Shown piece after piece: positions 62,050-64,000 of a stretch of 64,000 nucleotides of DNA. Below the pieces are notes generated by a model that saw only the letters and a list, made by a program, of their open reading frames with translations, was not told the origin of the DNA and made no database searches. Each line of letters starts with the position of its first letter. Position 1 is the stretch's first letter. This DNA comes from Balanoglossus misakiensis (taxonomy: Eukaryota; Animalia; Hemichordata), in NCBI GenBank assembly GCA_040954595.2, contig CM082577.2:13709903-13773902 (forward strand), written 5' to 3'. The position numbers and the translations under genes were made by a program.

Positions 62050-63300
62050 ATTCAAGATGGCGACCTCACCAAAGCGCTACAGCTGTCACCCAAAGAACGC
62101 AACGAGGTGATTTTGAAGTAACTGTTTCAGATAAAGGAAGAGATGTCATAGATTGAACCAGTAAAAAATAAGTAGCGGAATTACGAAAATAATTTATTAG
62201 ATGTGGAGAAGTCTTTGACTCATGCTTATGAACGCATCGAGGCGACGGAAAATTCCCAACAACTTTCGATTCAGACGGAGACAGCTGTCCAGAGACTCAA
62301 AGAAAAAAAGAAAATAAATCTGTGAAACTGGCAAGAGGGTGGGACAATTTGAAGAAAGAGGTGAAGATTTGGAAAACAGAAACCAGCGAACAAATCTATA
62401 TTTTAGCAATGTTCCAGAGAAGGTAGAAGGGGAAAACTGTGCCAAATTTATTCGGAATTTCATCTATGACCACATGAAGGTAAAAGGACTTCCCGACCAC
62501 CTGTTGTTTCATCGTGCATTTAGAATTCCGGCCAATCCAACTGCAGACGGGAAACCTAGAACTATTATGGTGGTCTTCGGTAACTCCAACAAATTTTGTT
62601 TGTGGCCCCTGGATGCCTGAAAGGAAACAAGTTGAAAGGAAACCACATCAGAACGTGGATGTTTCAGAGACATACTGTAGGTTATGCTCTGGTGAACAAA
62701 TAGAAGACGAGTATCATACACTTTGTACTTGTTTGCCCCTTATATGACTGACTAAGAAAACAATATTTTGGTGACACTAAGAACACTCACTTTCAAATGT
62801 TTGTAAATATCATGAGTGCATCAGAATTCTCCAAGATTCTTTTGTTATGTAATTATGTTTACAATGCCTTTAACATTAAAGAAACTGTGTTAAAAAAACA
62901 TGAATCCTTACAATAATCTGCTAAGTTCCTCGCTTTGTATCCTGATGAGTATGTACTTCCACACATCTGCTGTTTGATGTTGTCACTTGTACTATTTGAG
63001 TACATATGTATTATTTATTTCATTTTCGTACAATTTTCTGATTACCTTTATACCCCCTTGCTTATGGGCTGGAGGCCTTGAAAAGCAATAAACGTGCACT
63101 GTAGTGCACCTGAACTTGAAAAGAAACCAAATATATGTGTCTGACGATGTAAGCAAGAAAGTATACGCGGAACGCAAGAGGCTACTACCAGTATGCAAGC
63201 AAGATAAAAAGAGAAGCGTCTACGAAAAGCTGCTACATAGCTTGGAAAGTGCCGGCAACACTCGTGATCAAGTACGCTAACGGCGACAAAAAAAACTCAC
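62050..63300 (+). pseudogene. Decayed LINE ORF1 (L1/Tx1-like), interrupted at ~62590-63110 by the 3' end of another LINE
   Basis: EDLENRNQRTNLYFSNVPE...HRAFRI...PRTIMVVF (62339-62580), resuming as IYVSDDVSKKVYAERKRLLP (~63128-63190). The insert encodes CRLC...IEDEYH...C (ORF2 C-terminal zinc motif). The 5' UTR block is duplicated at 61565-61765/61765-62068. Confidence 0.7.
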
Positions 63301-64000
63301 GGTAAATGACATTCCAGAGATATGAAATTTGTAAATGAAAACTGGATAGTAGAGTATGTCTTTGAATTACCGTAACACTGTATACATAGAATAACGGTTA
63401 CGTTGTCGGCTATTGATTTCAAATAATGGCTAAACCCCAAATGTTGGCATAATTGTGCACTTTGGTTTTTTTTAAAAAGTGCCAATAATGGGGGTGAGAG
63501 TGTGAATGTCAGTATATGGCCACTAGAGGGCGCTGTCTTTTGGAATCCATATTGAAAAATATCGCCATGGGTCAATGAATAATTGTACCAAATTTCATGC
63601 TTTTAACCCAAAGTTCACGATTTTAAAGTATGAATGTCTGTTTCTGGCCGCTAGAGGGCGCTGTCATTTTGGATCCATATTGGAAAATGTCCGCCGGGTA
63701 AAAGCATAACTGTACCAAGTTTTAACCCAAAGTGCACGATTTTTAGGTTAACTGCCCCACTATTAGGAAAACAGACGATCAAACTGTCATCCCCGAAATC
63801 GGTATCTTAGTATGACATTAATCCCACTTTGGTTTAAAGGTATACAGTCACCTCCAATTTACATACACCCATATATGGCTGAAATGGCGTATTTGAGCGT
63901 TCCAAAGAACATATGGTGGCGCTCTTTTGTTCGCGTGTGCCACCCAATGAAAATCTGTGATTGGCTAGATCTCAAATTGCCATGGTAACTATAGCTAATT

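Noticed and set aside
62942-62975. Hammerhead-ribozyme-like CTGATGAG (similar motifs at ~24751 and in the LTRs)
   Set aside because: No correctly placed GAAA or closing stems.

Overview
AT-rich animal (metazoan) genomic DNA. Spliceosomal introns and the transposon spectrum (CR1/L2, Gypsy, Ngaro, Helentron, Academ) suggest a marine invertebrate; this is inference. (1) 0.9-6.8 kb holds the 3' exons of a PIDD1-like gene (ZU5-ZU5-UPA) that ends in a death EFFECTOR domain, with a Gypsy 5' LTR and PBS in the upstream intron. (2) 7-18 kb is nested transposon debris, including a decayed L2 LINE split by a gag-only LTR element. (3) About 18-62 kb is a mosaic tandem array of ~4.6-4.9 kb units. Most units carry a truncated LTR of the gag-only family, a (CAT)n microsatellite and a small minus-strand ORF/exon with conserved ends and a hypervariable, frame-preserving core (5 copies). 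Inserted into the array are a full-length L2/Crack-type LINE (with two (TAA)n-targeting elements in its tail), an endonuclease-less but otherwise complete CR1 LINE, an intact Ngaro tyrosine-recombinase retrotransposon with a SAM-like domain in Gag, and several MITEs/HINEs. Most short ORFs in the supplied track are spurious.
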